DNA of 64,000 nucleotides from an uncultured Bacteroidales bacterium. GTDB lineage: Bacteria; Bacteroidota; Bacteroidia; Bacteroidales; FEN-979. The translations under genes and the position numbers were made by a program. A model generated the notes under the pieces. That model did not search any database, was not told the origin of the DNA, and saw only the letters and a list, made by a program, of their open reading frames with translations. The first letter of the stretch is position 1; the number at the start of each line of letters is the position of its first letter. This document shows, one piece after another, positions 17,330-25,751 of this stretch. The stretch covers positions 13,789-77,788 of the forward strand of contig CAIKNA010000035.1 in assembly GCA_903828645.1 (NCBI GenBank), written 5' to 3'.

Positions 17330-20300
17330 ATGAAAAAGCTTTTTAATTTCCGGAAATTCAGTTTCATGCTGTTGATCTGCCTTTTTACGACAGGCAGCCT
17401 GTTGGCGCAGACCAATATCGTATCTTCACCGGACACAGCCAGCTATCCTTACTGGATCAGGATGATGCAGGACCCGGATGCAAATTATTTTGCGACCGTC
17501 AGCGCATTTGAAAAATACTGGGAAAACAGGCCTATAACCAGGGGATGCGGATGGAAGGTTTTTAAAAGATGGGAGTATATCATGAGGAACCGGGTCAAGC
17601 CGGATGGCACCAAACCCGCTCCGGATGCTGTTTACAGGGAATGGAATAAGTTTCACAACCCGGCACGGTCCCCCAATGGCAGTTGGGTGTCCCTGGGCCC
17701 CTCCTACATCCCGGCTCCCGGACCTGCAGGTTACATGGGACTTGGCAGACTAAATGTGGTGGCTTTTCACCCGACAAACCAGAACAAGCTCTATGTGGGG
17801 TCGCCTTCGGGCGGCTTCTGGCTCACCTCCGACAACGGCGCTACCTGGAATACCACGACCGATAACATGCCGACCATCGGCGTTTCAGCCATCGTGGTCG
17901 ATTTTTCGAATCCCGCGACAATCCTGATGGGTACCGGCGACCGTGATCATGGCGATGCTCCGGGGATGGGGGTCTTCAAAAGCATCGACGGGGGAACCAC
18001 CTGGATGCAATCCAATACGGGCATGGGCAATGTGACAGTATGCAGGATGGTCCAGCACCCGGGGAATGGACAGATCTTCCTGGCTGCCACATCAAACGGG
18101 ATCTACCGGTCAACCAACGGGGGAACCACCTGGACCCAGACTGCGGCGGGCTATTTCCAGGATATCTGTTTCAAACCGGATGATCCGGACGTGGTCTATG
18201 TTGAATCTTCCTCCGATTTTTACAGGTCTTCCGACAACGGACTAACCTTTTCCCAGGTAACTACCGGACTGACCCCCGGCCAGCGGGGGACCATCGCGGT
18301 CACGCCGGCCAACCCTGGTTATGTCTATTTCCTGCAATCCGACAATTCCAGCGGCTTCAAGGGCGTTTACCGGTCAACCGATGCGGGCCTCTCTTTCACA
18401 ACCAGGTCGGAAATACCCAATATCCTCGGCTGGTCGTGCGATGGCAGCGATACGGGCGGGCAGGGCTGGTACGACCTGGCCATCGCGGCCGATCCTGGCA
18501 ATGCTGAAACAATCTACGTCGGTGGCGTGGATGTATGGAAATCTGTGAATGGCGGAACATCCTGGACCATCAATTCCCACTGGTACGGAGGATGCAATGT
18601 GCCGGCTGTGCATGCCGACTGCCATTTCCTGGGCTTTTCGCCGGTAAATGGGAGACTCTATGCAGGCAATGACGGTGGAATCTATTATTCAGCAAACGGG
18701 GGTATCGACTGGACAGACTGCACTGTCGGAATGACGATCGGGCAGATTTACAAGATCGGGCAAAGCCTTACAGATCCCGCCTTGACGATCAACGGTTTCC
18801 AGGACAATGGTACCTATACCAATACCTCCTCGGGATGGGTCTCCACCGGCGGCGGTGACGGGATGGAATGCGCCGTCGATTACCAGGATGCAGCCATCAC
18901 CTATTATACCATTTATTATGGCTCGATATTCAGGACCCTGAATAATTCCACAGTATTACAGGTTGCCGGCGACGGGGTTTTCGGCATCGATGAATCCGGA
19001 GGATGGGTTACCCCGTTCATCCTTGACCAAGCAGACCCGAAAAAACTGTTTGCGGGGTATAAAAACGTATGGCGGTGCAACGATGCCAGGTCGGATTCGC
19101 CTGTCTGGACGAAAATATCATTCTCAGAAACAACAGACTGCTGGGTACTTGAACAATCTCCGGCAAATCCTGATCTGTTGTACGTGGTACGATCCGGAAA
19201 TATGCAGCGTACAGAGAATGCAAATGCCGCCGCCCCGGTCTGGATAAACTGTGCACTTCCCGGAGGATTTACACCATCCTGCCTTGAAGCTCATCCCACC
19301 GAACCGAATACGGTTTATGCCACGGCTGAATTCTATGTATATAAGTCCATTGATAAGGGAGAGACCTGGAGCCTTGTTCCTGGCACCTTACCCGGCGTTC
19401 CGGTGAATACCGTCGTTTATGAGAAACACAGCGACGAAGGTTTGTATATCGGAACCCAGACCGGTGTCCTTTACCGGAATTCCGGACTGCCTGACTGGGT
19501 GAATTTCAGCAGCGGTTTGCCTGTAGCCGATGTCAGGGAACTGGAAATTTACTATGACGCAAATCCTGCCAACAGCAGGCTCATGGCAGCTACTTTCGGC
19601 CGCGGACTCTGGAAATCAAAGCTCTATTCGCCACCGAGTTTGCCTCCGGTTGCAAAATTTTCATTCAGCCCGTCAGGACCCTGCCCGATGCAAACGGTTC
19701 AGTTCACCGACTTGTCTCTGAATGTTCCGACCTCCTGGTCATGGACTTTTACCCCAAACACTGTCCTTTTTGTCAATTCAACAAATTCCTCCTCCCGCAA
19801 TCCTCAGGTCAGGTTTTCCGAAAACAGGGCCTACACAGTAACACTGACGGGTACAAATGCATTTGGCTCCGACGCTGCCGATACGATCATCATGGTCGGC
19901 GGTGCGGGTGCACCGCTCGCTGCCAACTTTGAGGCGGGTTCTTTCCCCGCAGCATGGACCATCTTCAACCCCGATGGCTCGATTACCTGGAATATTTCAA
20001 CGACCGGTGGTAATCCCCCCGGAACAAAATCGGCATACATTGATTTTTTTGATTACAGTTCTACCGGCGAGCTGGATGAAATGATCCTGGAACCGGTTAA
20101 CCTGGGTGGTGCCCTCCATCCATGGCTGAAATTCCGGGTCGCATACCGGAAGTGGGATGCCGGCTACTTCGATGGATTGAAGATTTTCATCTCCACCGAT
20201 TGCGGCACTTCCTGGGAAACAAACCCTCTATATGACAAATCGGGAACCCAACTGGCTACCGGACCCGACCAGACCGAACTTTTCGTGCCATCGGTTTCCA

Positions 20301-20959
20301 CCGACTGGAGGGTGGATTCCATTGACCTGGGCGCATACCTGCACCTTCCGGTAAAAATTAAATTCCAGGCAGTGAACGGGTGGGGAAACAACCTCTATGT
20401 GGATGATATCTCCATCGCCGATGATCCCGTTCTGACCCTGCAAAACACGATTGTGGGAAACGGACAGTCATCCTGTTACAATGCAACGCAAACAATCCGC
20501 GTGGCAGGGGGGGGAACCCGGTTTCTTGTTCAGGCAGGGGGCAGTGCCACCTTAATAGCCGGGCAGAACATATTGATGTTCCAGGGAGTCAGCGTGAACA
20601 CAGGAGGTTACCTTCACGGGTATTTGACATCAACCGGCCAGTACTGCGGCCAGCTGCCGGCTTCCCTGGTAAGTGCCATTTTAAAGGAGGAAGCCGGTAG
20701 TCCGGTTCCAGAAGTCAATACCTTTAAAATATATCCCAACCCGAATGGCGGAACATTCACCCTGGAATGGTCAGATCCCGGTTGTTATGGATCGTATGAA
20801 ATCGAAATTTTCAGCATCCTTGGGGAGTGCGAAATGAAGGAATCTGTTTTTTCAGGACAAAAACATTCATTCAACATTCCCATGCTGTCTCCCGGGATCT
20901 ACCTGGTCAGGGTAACGGGTAAAAACGGCACCGGCCTGGTAAAAATGATCAGGTACTAA
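17330..20959 (+). CDS. T9SS-secreted multidomain protein, 1209 aa: BNR/Asp-box beta-propellers + PKD + MAM-like domain + Cys-bracketed module + Por C-terminal sorting domain
   Basis: Signal peptide. At least 8 Asp-box-like SxDxGxTW repeats (TSDNGATW, SIDGGTTW, STNGGTTW, SVNGGTSW, SIDKGETW...). PKD-like segment VAKFSFSP...YTVTLTGTNAFG. C-terminal FKIYPNPNGGTFTL...GIYLVRV is the T9SS tail. Confidence 0.8.
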   Translation: MKKLFNFRKFSFMLLICLFTTGSLLAQTNIVSSPDTASYPYWIRMMQDPDANYFATVSAFEKYWENRPITRGCGWKVFKRWEYIMRNRVKPDGTKPAPDAVYREWNKFHNPARSPNGSWVSLGPSYIPAPGPAGYMGLGRLNVVAFHPTNQNKLYVGSPSGGFWLTSDNGATWNTTTDNMPTIGVSAIVVDFSNPATILMGTGDRDHGDAPGMGVFKSIDGGTTWMQSNTGMGNVTVCRMVQHPGNGQIFLAATSNGIYRSTNGGTTWTQTAAGYFQDICFKPDDPDVVYVESSSDFYRSSDNGLTFSQVTTGLTPGQRGTIAVTPANPGYVYFLQSDNSSGFKGVYRSTDAGLSFTTRSEIPNILGWSCDGSDTGGQGWYDLAIAADPGNAETIYVGGVDVWKSVNGGTSWTINSHWYGGCNVPAVHADCHFLGFSPVNGRLYAGNDGGIYYSANGGIDWTDCTVGMTIGQIYKIGQSLTDPALTINGFQDNGTYTNTSSGWVSTGGGDGMECAVDYQDAAITYYTIYYGSIFRTLNNSTVLQVAGDGVFGIDESGGWVTPFILDQADPKKLFAGYKNVWRCNDARSDSPVWTKISFSETTDCWVLEQSPANPDLLYVVRSGNMQRTENANAAAPVWINCALPGGFTPSCLEAHPTEPNTVYATAEFYVYKSIDKGETWSLVPGTLPGVPVNTVVYEKHSDEGLYIGTQTGVLYRNSGLPDWVNFSSGLPVADVRELEIYYDANPANSRLMAATFGRGLWKSKLYSPPSLPPVAKFSFSPSGPCPMQTVQFTDLSLNVPTSWSWTFTPNTVLFVNSTNSSSRNPQVRFSENRAYTVTLTGTNAFGSDAADTIIMVGGAGAPLAANFEAGSFPAAWTIFNPDGSITWNISTTGGNPPGTKSAYIDFFDYSSTGELDEMILEPVNLGGALHPWLKFRVAYRKWDAGYFDGLKIFISTDCGTSWETNPLYDKSGTQLATGPDQTELFVPSVSTDWRVDSIDLGAYLHLPVKIKFQAVNGWGNNLYVDDISIADDPVLTLQNTIVGNGQSSCYNATQTIRVAGGGTRFLVQAGGSATLIAGQNILMFQGVSVNTGGYLHGYLTSTGQYCGQLPASLVSAILKEEAGSPVPEVNTFKIYPNPNGGTFTLEWSDPGCYGSYEIEIFSILGECEMKESVFSGQKHSFNIPMLSPGIYLVRVTGKNGTGLVKMIRY

Positions 20960-20980
20960 CGACAGGATTTATCCTGTCGT
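20959..20980. terminator. hairpin between convergent genes (acgacagg-atttat-cctgtcgt)
   Basis: 8-10 bp perfect inverted repeat between the TAA at 20957-59 and the SRAP gene stop at 20980-82. Confidence 0.5.
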
Positions 20981-21648
20981 CAGAAGCCTGACTCCTCCAC
21001 CCGGTCAAGGATCTCCGGCACGTCGTTTTTTGGCGCGTTGACCAGTTTTGAAACCGGCCATGCTTCCATTTTCTCCGCAGCATAGGGTCTCAGCAAGTCA
21101 GCCAGGGAGGGGTCGGCTTGCGGTGCGATCCAGCGAAGTTCGTCTTCTCGGCTGAGGATTACCGGCATGCGATCGTGGATGTGTTCCACCAGTTGGTTGG
21201 GAGAGGTGGTAATGACGGTGAAGGAATGGATGATCTCCCCATCCCCGGAGATCCATTTGTCCCAAAGCCCTGCAAAACAAAAAGGATCGCCACTTTTCAA
21301 CCGGAAGTGAAACGGGGTCTTTCCCGCGTTGCTTTTCCATTCATAAAAACCGGTAGCCGGGACCAGGCAGCGCCGGTGGCGGAAGGCATCCCTGAATGAG
21401 GGTTTTTCAGCCAGCGATTCCGCGCGGGCGTTGATCAGCTTGTTGCCGATGGATGGCTCCTTAGCCCAGGAAGGGATGAGTCCCCAGCGGAAAAACTTCA
21501 GGGTATCCGGCGCATCACCGGCAATCACCGCCAGGTTCTGGGTTGGGGAGCAGTTGTAACGGGCTTTGTAGATTGCCGTGCGAACCCTGAGCCCGAACCG
21601 TTCCAGGATCAGGGCATCTTCAACAGCAAAGGAATAGCGTCCGCACAT
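20980..21648 (-). CDS. SOS-response-associated peptidase (SRAP/YedK, abasic-site DNA-protein crosslink enzyme)
   Basis: Invariant N-terminal MCGRYS (catalytic Cys2). NARAES...FYEW motifs. 222 aa. Confidence 0.85.
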   Translation of the reverse strand: MCGRYSFAVEDALILERFGLRVRTAIYKARYNCSPTQNLAVIAGDAPDTLKFFRWGLIPSWAKEPSIGNKLINARAESLAEKPSFRDAFRHRRCLVPATGFYEWKSNAGKTPFHFRLKSGDPFCFAGLWDKWISGDGEIIHSFTVITTSPNQLVEHIHDRMPVILSREDELRWIAPQADPSLADLLRPYAAEKMEAWPVSKLVNAPKNDVPEILDRVEESGF

Positions 21649-21653
21649 AGTTG

Positions 21654-22346
21654 CTATTTTCCGTTTATCTCTTTTCCCGCGACCACGATGACAATCTCCC
21701 CTTTAACTGTTTTCTTCTCAAAATAGGCTATCAGTTCTTTCAGGGAACCCCGGATGTTCTCTTCGAATATTTTAGAAAGTTCCCGTGAAACAGAGGCGTA
21801 GCGTTCTTCCCCGAAATACTCCGTAAATTGTGTAAGGGCTTTTACCAGGCGATGCGGCGATTCGTAAAAGATCATTGTTCTTTCCTCGCCGGCCAAAGTG
21901 GTGAGACGGGTATGACGTCCTTTTTTATGAGGCAAAAATCCTTCGAAGATAAAATGGTCGGAGGCAATTCCCGAGTTGACGAGTGCGGGAACGAATGCGG
22001 TCGGGCCGGGCAGACACTCCACACGGATTCCTGCCTCAATGCACGAATGCACCAGCAGGTAACCCGGGTCGGAAATGGCTGGTGTGCCAGCGTCGCTGAT
22101 CAGGGCGCAGGTAGCTCCGTCAAGGATTCGCCCGATAATGTTTTCGATCGTCTTATGCTCATTGAAAAGATGGTGGGGCACCAGTTTCTTCTCTATGCCA
22201 TAATGTTTGAGGAGGTTCCCCGAGGTGCGGGTATCCTCTGCCAGGATAAAATCAACCTCCTTCATAATGCGCAGGGCGCGCAGGGTAATGTCCTCAAGAT
22301 TCCCGATGGGTGTGGGTACAATGTATAACTGGGTGGCAATTCTCAT
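21654..22346 (-). CDS. rsmI: 16S rRNA (cytidine1402-2'-O)-methyltransferase
   Basis: LYIVPTPIGNLEDITLRAL...ILAEDTR...ISDAG(T)P matches the tetrapyrrole-methylase-fold RsmI signature. 230 aa. Confidence 0.85.
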   Translation of the reverse strand: MRIATQLYIVPTPIGNLEDITLRALRIMKEVDFILAEDTRTSGNLLKHYGIEKKLVPHHLFNEHKTIENIIGRILDGATCALISDAGTPAISDPGYLLVHSCIEAGIRVECLPGPTAFVPALVNSGIASDHFIFEGFLPHKKGRHTRLTTLAGEERTMIFYESPHRLVKALTQFTEYFGEERYASVSRELSKIFEENIRGSLKELIAYFEKKTVKGEIVIVVAGKEINGK

Positions 22347-22361
22347 GAAATTTCTCCCCGG

Positions 22362-23063
22362 TTAGGAATTCATCACCAACTTAAACCCGACCCCGTGAAC
22401 ATTGAGCAATTCCACCCTCGGATCGTCCTTCAGGTATTTGCGCAGCTTCACGATGTAAACATCCATGCTGCGTGCATTGAAATAACTGTCGGCATTCCAT
22501 ATCTCCTTCAGGGCTGTATGCCGGTCGAGCACGTCGTTGGCATGGGTGCAGAGCAATTTCAGCAACCCGGCTTCCTTCGAGGTCAGTTTCTGTTCTTTGT
22601 CATTGCTGATAAGCGTCTGACGGTTATAGTCAAACGTATAACTGCCGACATTGTATACGTTGTCGGCACCCTGTGTTTTGAGGCTTTCATCCGTTCTTCT
22701 CAGGATGGCCTGCATCCGCAAAAGCAGCTCTTCCATGCTGAAAGGCTTGGTGATGTAATCGTCGGCACCGATTTCAAAGCCTTTCAACTTGTCCTCCTGG
22801 AGGGATTTTGCTGTAAGAAACAGGATAGGTACCTTTTTATTGACGGCCCGGATCTCGGTGGCGGTGGCAAATCCGTCTTTAACAGGCATCATGATGTCGA
22901 GGATGCAAATATCGAACTCTTTTCGCGAAAAAGCTTCGGTTGCCTCCTGCCCATTCACACACAAGGTGGTTGAGTAGCCTTTTGCATCCAGGTAGTTTTT
23001 CAGGATATTTCCCAGGTTACGGTCGTCTTCCGCCAGCAGCAATCGGGTTTGATTTTTATCCAT
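22362..23063 (-). CDS. OmpR/PhoB-type response regulator (233 aa)
   Basis: Start moved to MDKNQTRLLLAEDD (ATG at 23063). Receiver motifs DD...DIMMP...LTAK. Winged-helix output domain (VYIVKLRKYL). Confidence 0.85.
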   Translation of the reverse strand: MDKNQTRLLLAEDDRNLGNILKNYLDAKGYSTTLCVNGQEATEAFSRKEFDICILDIMMPVKDGFATATEIRAVNKKVPILFLTAKSLQEDKLKGFEIGADDYITKPFSMEELLLRMQAILRRTDESLKTQGADNVYNVGSYTFDYNRQTLISNDKEQKLTSKEAGLLKLLCTHANDVLDRHTALKEIWNADSYFNARSMDVYIVKLRKYLKDDPRVELLNVHGVGFKLVMNS

Positions 23064-23097
23064 GGGTTGTTTAATAATAAACGGGAAAGATACGATT

Positions 23098-24384
23098 TTA
23101 TTCTTTGATAACAAATGGCAGGAAAACCTTGAATTTGCTGCCCTTGTTTGCTTCGCTTTCAATGCTGATTTTCCCGTGGTGTTCCTCAACGATTGCTTTT
23201 ACGTAACTCAGCCCAAGTCCGAACCCCCGCACCTCGTGGATATTCCCGGTAGGTACCCGGTAAAGCTTGTCGAAAATTTTCTTCTGTTCGGTTTTGCTGA
23301 TGCCGATGCCGTTATCTTCAATGGTCATGACGATGCCGTTGGTTGCATTCTCGGTCACGATGCGGATCATGGGTTTCCTGGGTGAATATTTGTTGGCATT
23401 GTCGAGCAGGTTGTACACCAGGTTGGTTACATGAACCTTGTCGCCCATGATCTGTGATTTGGTCGCCTTAAACCGGCGTTTGATCTCGCCATCCTTGATC
23501 TCCACCTGGATCCTCAGGTTCTTGATCACATCGGTGATGATCTCATGAAGGTCGATGATCTCCCTGTTCATCTTCAGCTGCCCCTTGTCGATCACGGCAG
23601 TTTGCAGTATTTTCTCTGCCATCCCGGCAAGCCGCTTGTTTTCCTCCTGGATCATGGAAAGGTAATTGTCAAGGAATTCGCCTGAACTGCGGATTTCCTT
23701 GTCGCATAAAGCTTCGCAGGCTAGCGAAATGGTTGAGATCGGGGTCTTGAATTCATGTGTCATGTTGTTGATGAAGTCGTTCTTCATCTCCGACAAACGT
23801 TTTTGGCGGAAAATGGTGGCGATGGTGTAGGTGAATGAAGATACAATGACAATGATCAGGATGATCGAGATCAGCAGCATGCCCCACAACTCGGTTAGCA
23901 GGAACTGCTTTTCACGCGGGAAGAAGATGAGCAGGTATTCCGGGCTTGTATAGATGTCGGACTGGAACAGAATGAATGCATTCCCTTTTTCGATCAGCTC
24001 CTTGCGGAAATTTGGCGAACGTTCCATCAGGAACTCCTGCAACTCAGGCTTGTAGATGCAGAATTCATAACGGGTATCTACTCCGCGGATGTTGAGTTGC
24101 AACCGGATCAGCGAATCCAGCTCCCTGATGGTCAGTACGCTGTCGTATGGCAGGTGGGGATTGAAGTTCACCATGCTCTCGGAGGGATTGATCAGCAACG
24201 CTTTGGTTCGCTCCATGCGCTCCACCTTCAGCACTACTTTCACCATGGCTTCATTCACGCTGCGGCGGAAGTTAGCCTCCTTGATTGCCGAAGCGCTCTG
24301 AATCCAGTAGATCTGGATGCCCATCAGCCCTGTCAGGGCAATGGTCATGGCAATAATCGTAAGGATGATGAAACGCCTGTTCAT
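23098..24384 (-). CDS. sensor histidine kinase, 428 aa
   Basis: Two TM segments, H-box MTHEFKTPIS, and N/G boxes (LLDNANKY, DNGIGI, GFGLGLS). Lies directly upstream of the response regulator. Confidence 0.85.
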   Translation of the reverse strand: MNRRFIILTIIAMTIALTGLMGIQIYWIQSASAIKEANFRRSVNEAMVKVVLKVERMERTKALLINPSESMVNFNPHLPYDSVLTIRELDSLIRLQLNIRGVDTRYEFCIYKPELQEFLMERSPNFRKELIEKGNAFILFQSDIYTSPEYLLIFFPREKQFLLTELWGMLLISIILIIVIVSSFTYTIATIFRQKRLSEMKNDFINNMTHEFKTPISTISLACEALCDKEIRSSGEFLDNYLSMIQEENKRLAGMAEKILQTAVIDKGQLKMNREIIDLHEIITDVIKNLRIQVEIKDGEIKRRFKATKSQIMGDKVHVTNLVYNLLDNANKYSPRKPMIRIVTENATNGIVMTIEDNGIGISKTEQKKIFDKLYRVPTGNIHEVRGFGLGLSYVKAIVEEHHGKISIESEANKGSKFKVFLPFVIKE

Positions 24385-24389
24385 TAATG

Positions 24390-24397
24390 CAAAGGTA
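24390..24397 (-). promoter_or_regulatory. Bacteroidota -7 box (TACCTTTG)
   Basis: Exact TAnnTTTG only 5 nt upstream of the kinase ATG. This implies a near-leaderless mRNA or a downstream start. Confidence 0.35.
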
Positions 24398-24579
24398 TCT
24401 AAAAACGGGGCTTATTGTTTTAACAATTTTTAACGTATATTAATATTCCTTAACAATTTCCCATTTGTGAATGCACTATTTTTGCAGTGCAAGTTTATTC
24501 AATCAAAATATTTTTCACAGTTAGTTTACGGCAGACAGCAAATACAAGAAATTTTTTCAGACTTTGTTTATTGATTTAT

Positions 24580-24615
24580 AAGTGTGTTCCCGGCAAGTGA
24601 GCACACTTTTTTTTT
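24580..24615 (+). terminator. intrinsic-terminator-like hairpin + T9 tract, oriented on the plus strand
   Basis: 10-bp stem aagtgtgttc/gagcacactt (one G-U pair), 9-nt loop ccggcaagt, then ttttttttt (24607-24615). No plus-strand gene lies upstream. Confidence 0.5.
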
Positions 24616-24616
24616 G

Positions 24617-24651
24617 GCCACCTGTCACGTGTCACCTGTCACGCGTCACGA
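24617..24651. repeat. tandem heptamer array (GTCACNN)x5
   Basis: gccacct gtcacgt gtcacct gtcacgc gtcacga. Overlaps the last codons and the stop of purN. Confidence 0.85.
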
Positions 24652-25204
24652 TCTTCTCAATCACCTCCGGAAAATACGTGTATTCCAGCACATGAATCCT
24701 GGCCGCGAGGCTTTCAGGCGTATCTCCCACCGACACCGGGCATTTCGCCTGGAAAATAATGTGTCCTTCGTCATAATGTTCATCCACGTGATGAATCGTG
24801 ATTCCTGATTCACGCTCGCCTGAAGCGATCACGGCTTCATGAACTTTCATTCCGTACATCCCCTTGCCTCCGTATTTTGGGAGGAGGGCCGGGTGGATGT
24901 TGATGATCCTGCCGGGAAATGCGGCAATCAGGGTTTTAGGTATGAGCCAGAGAAATCCGGCCAGGATTATAAAATCAATACCATGTGATTCCAGTGTTTT
25001 CCCGACCAGGCCGGTTTCGTAAAATGAGGCCCGGTCGAAAACCATTGCCGGAATGCCAAGCTTTTCAGCGCGGGTCAGCACATAGGCACCGGGCTTGTTG
25101 CACAACAGCAAGTCAATGCTGATGGAAGGATGCCCGCTGAAATATTCGGTGATCCGCTGGGCATTGGAACCATTGCCAGAGGCAAAAACGGCTAATCGCG
25201 ACAT
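24632..25204 (-). CDS. purN: phosphoribosylglycinamide formyltransferase
   Basis: Start moved to MSRLAVFASGNGSNAQ (ATG at 25204). INIHPALLPKYGGKGMYG and HxVDEHYDEG motifs. Confidence 0.9.
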   Translation of the reverse strand: MSRLAVFASGNGSNAQRITEYFSGHPSISIDLLLCNKPGAYVLTRAEKLGIPAMVFDRASFYETGLVGKTLESHGIDFIILAGFLWLIPKTLIAAFPGRIINIHPALLPKYGGKGMYGMKVHEAVIASGERESGITIHHVDEHYDEGHIIFQAKCPVSVGDTPESLAARIHVLEYTYFPEVIEKIVTRDR

Positions 25205-25225
25205 GTTCGGCTCATTGGTGATTCG

Positions 25226-25233
25226 CAAAAGTA
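25226..25233 (-). promoter_or_regulatory. Bacteroidota -7 box (TACTTTTG)
   Basis: Exact TAnnTTTG, 21 nt upstream of the purN ATG at 25204. Confidence 0.45.
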
Positions 25234-25401
25234 CAAAACCCTCAAGATATACCGTAGCGTGAAACAGCAAGTCTGACCAATTCTTCAAGTATCACAAAAT
25301 CAGCGATGTTGATTTTGCAAATGTTAAAAATTCTTAAATTATGTTGGAGTGTAGGAAGAAAATTCTTTTCTTTGCAGTCGTTTAACCAAAAAAAAATTAA
25401 C

Positions 25402-25638
25402 ATGTCTGACATTGCAGCAAAAGTAAAAGCTATCATCGTAGATAAGCTTGGTGTGGATGAAAGTGAAGTTACCATTGAAGCTAGCTTTACCAATGATCTT
25501 GGTGCTGACTCCCTTGACACAGTAGAACTGATCATGGAATTCGAAAAGGAATTCGATATTGCCATCCCTGACGATCAGGCTGAAAAGATCAGCACAGTTG
25601 GAGAAGCCATTGCCTACATCGAGAACAATACAAAGTAA
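25402..25638 (+). CDS. acpP: acyl carrier protein
   Basis: [18 protein letters not shown]...[16 protein letters not shown] contains the DSL phosphopantetheine site. 78 aa from the ATG at 25402. Confidence 0.95.
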   Translation: MSDIAAKVKAIIVDKLGVDESEVTIEASFTNDLGADSLDTVELIMEFEKEFDIAIPDDQAEKISTVGEAIAYIENNTK

Positions 25639-25697
25639 CCCTGCCGGTTCCGGCCCAGTATTTTGGATGTTTCTCGCTGATTAATTTGATGAAATTT

Positions 25698-25718
25698 AAC
25701 CCCGCACTCTGCGGGGTT
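25698..25718 (+). terminator. GC-rich hairpin between acpP and fabF (aaccccgca-ctc-tgcggggtt)
   Basis: 9-bp perfect stem with a 3-nt loop and no strong T tract. Possibly a partial terminator or processing site that sets acpP:fabF stoichiometry. Confidence 0.4.
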
Positions 25719-25751
25719 ATCCATTAACCAATGAACCTAAAATTGTAAAAC

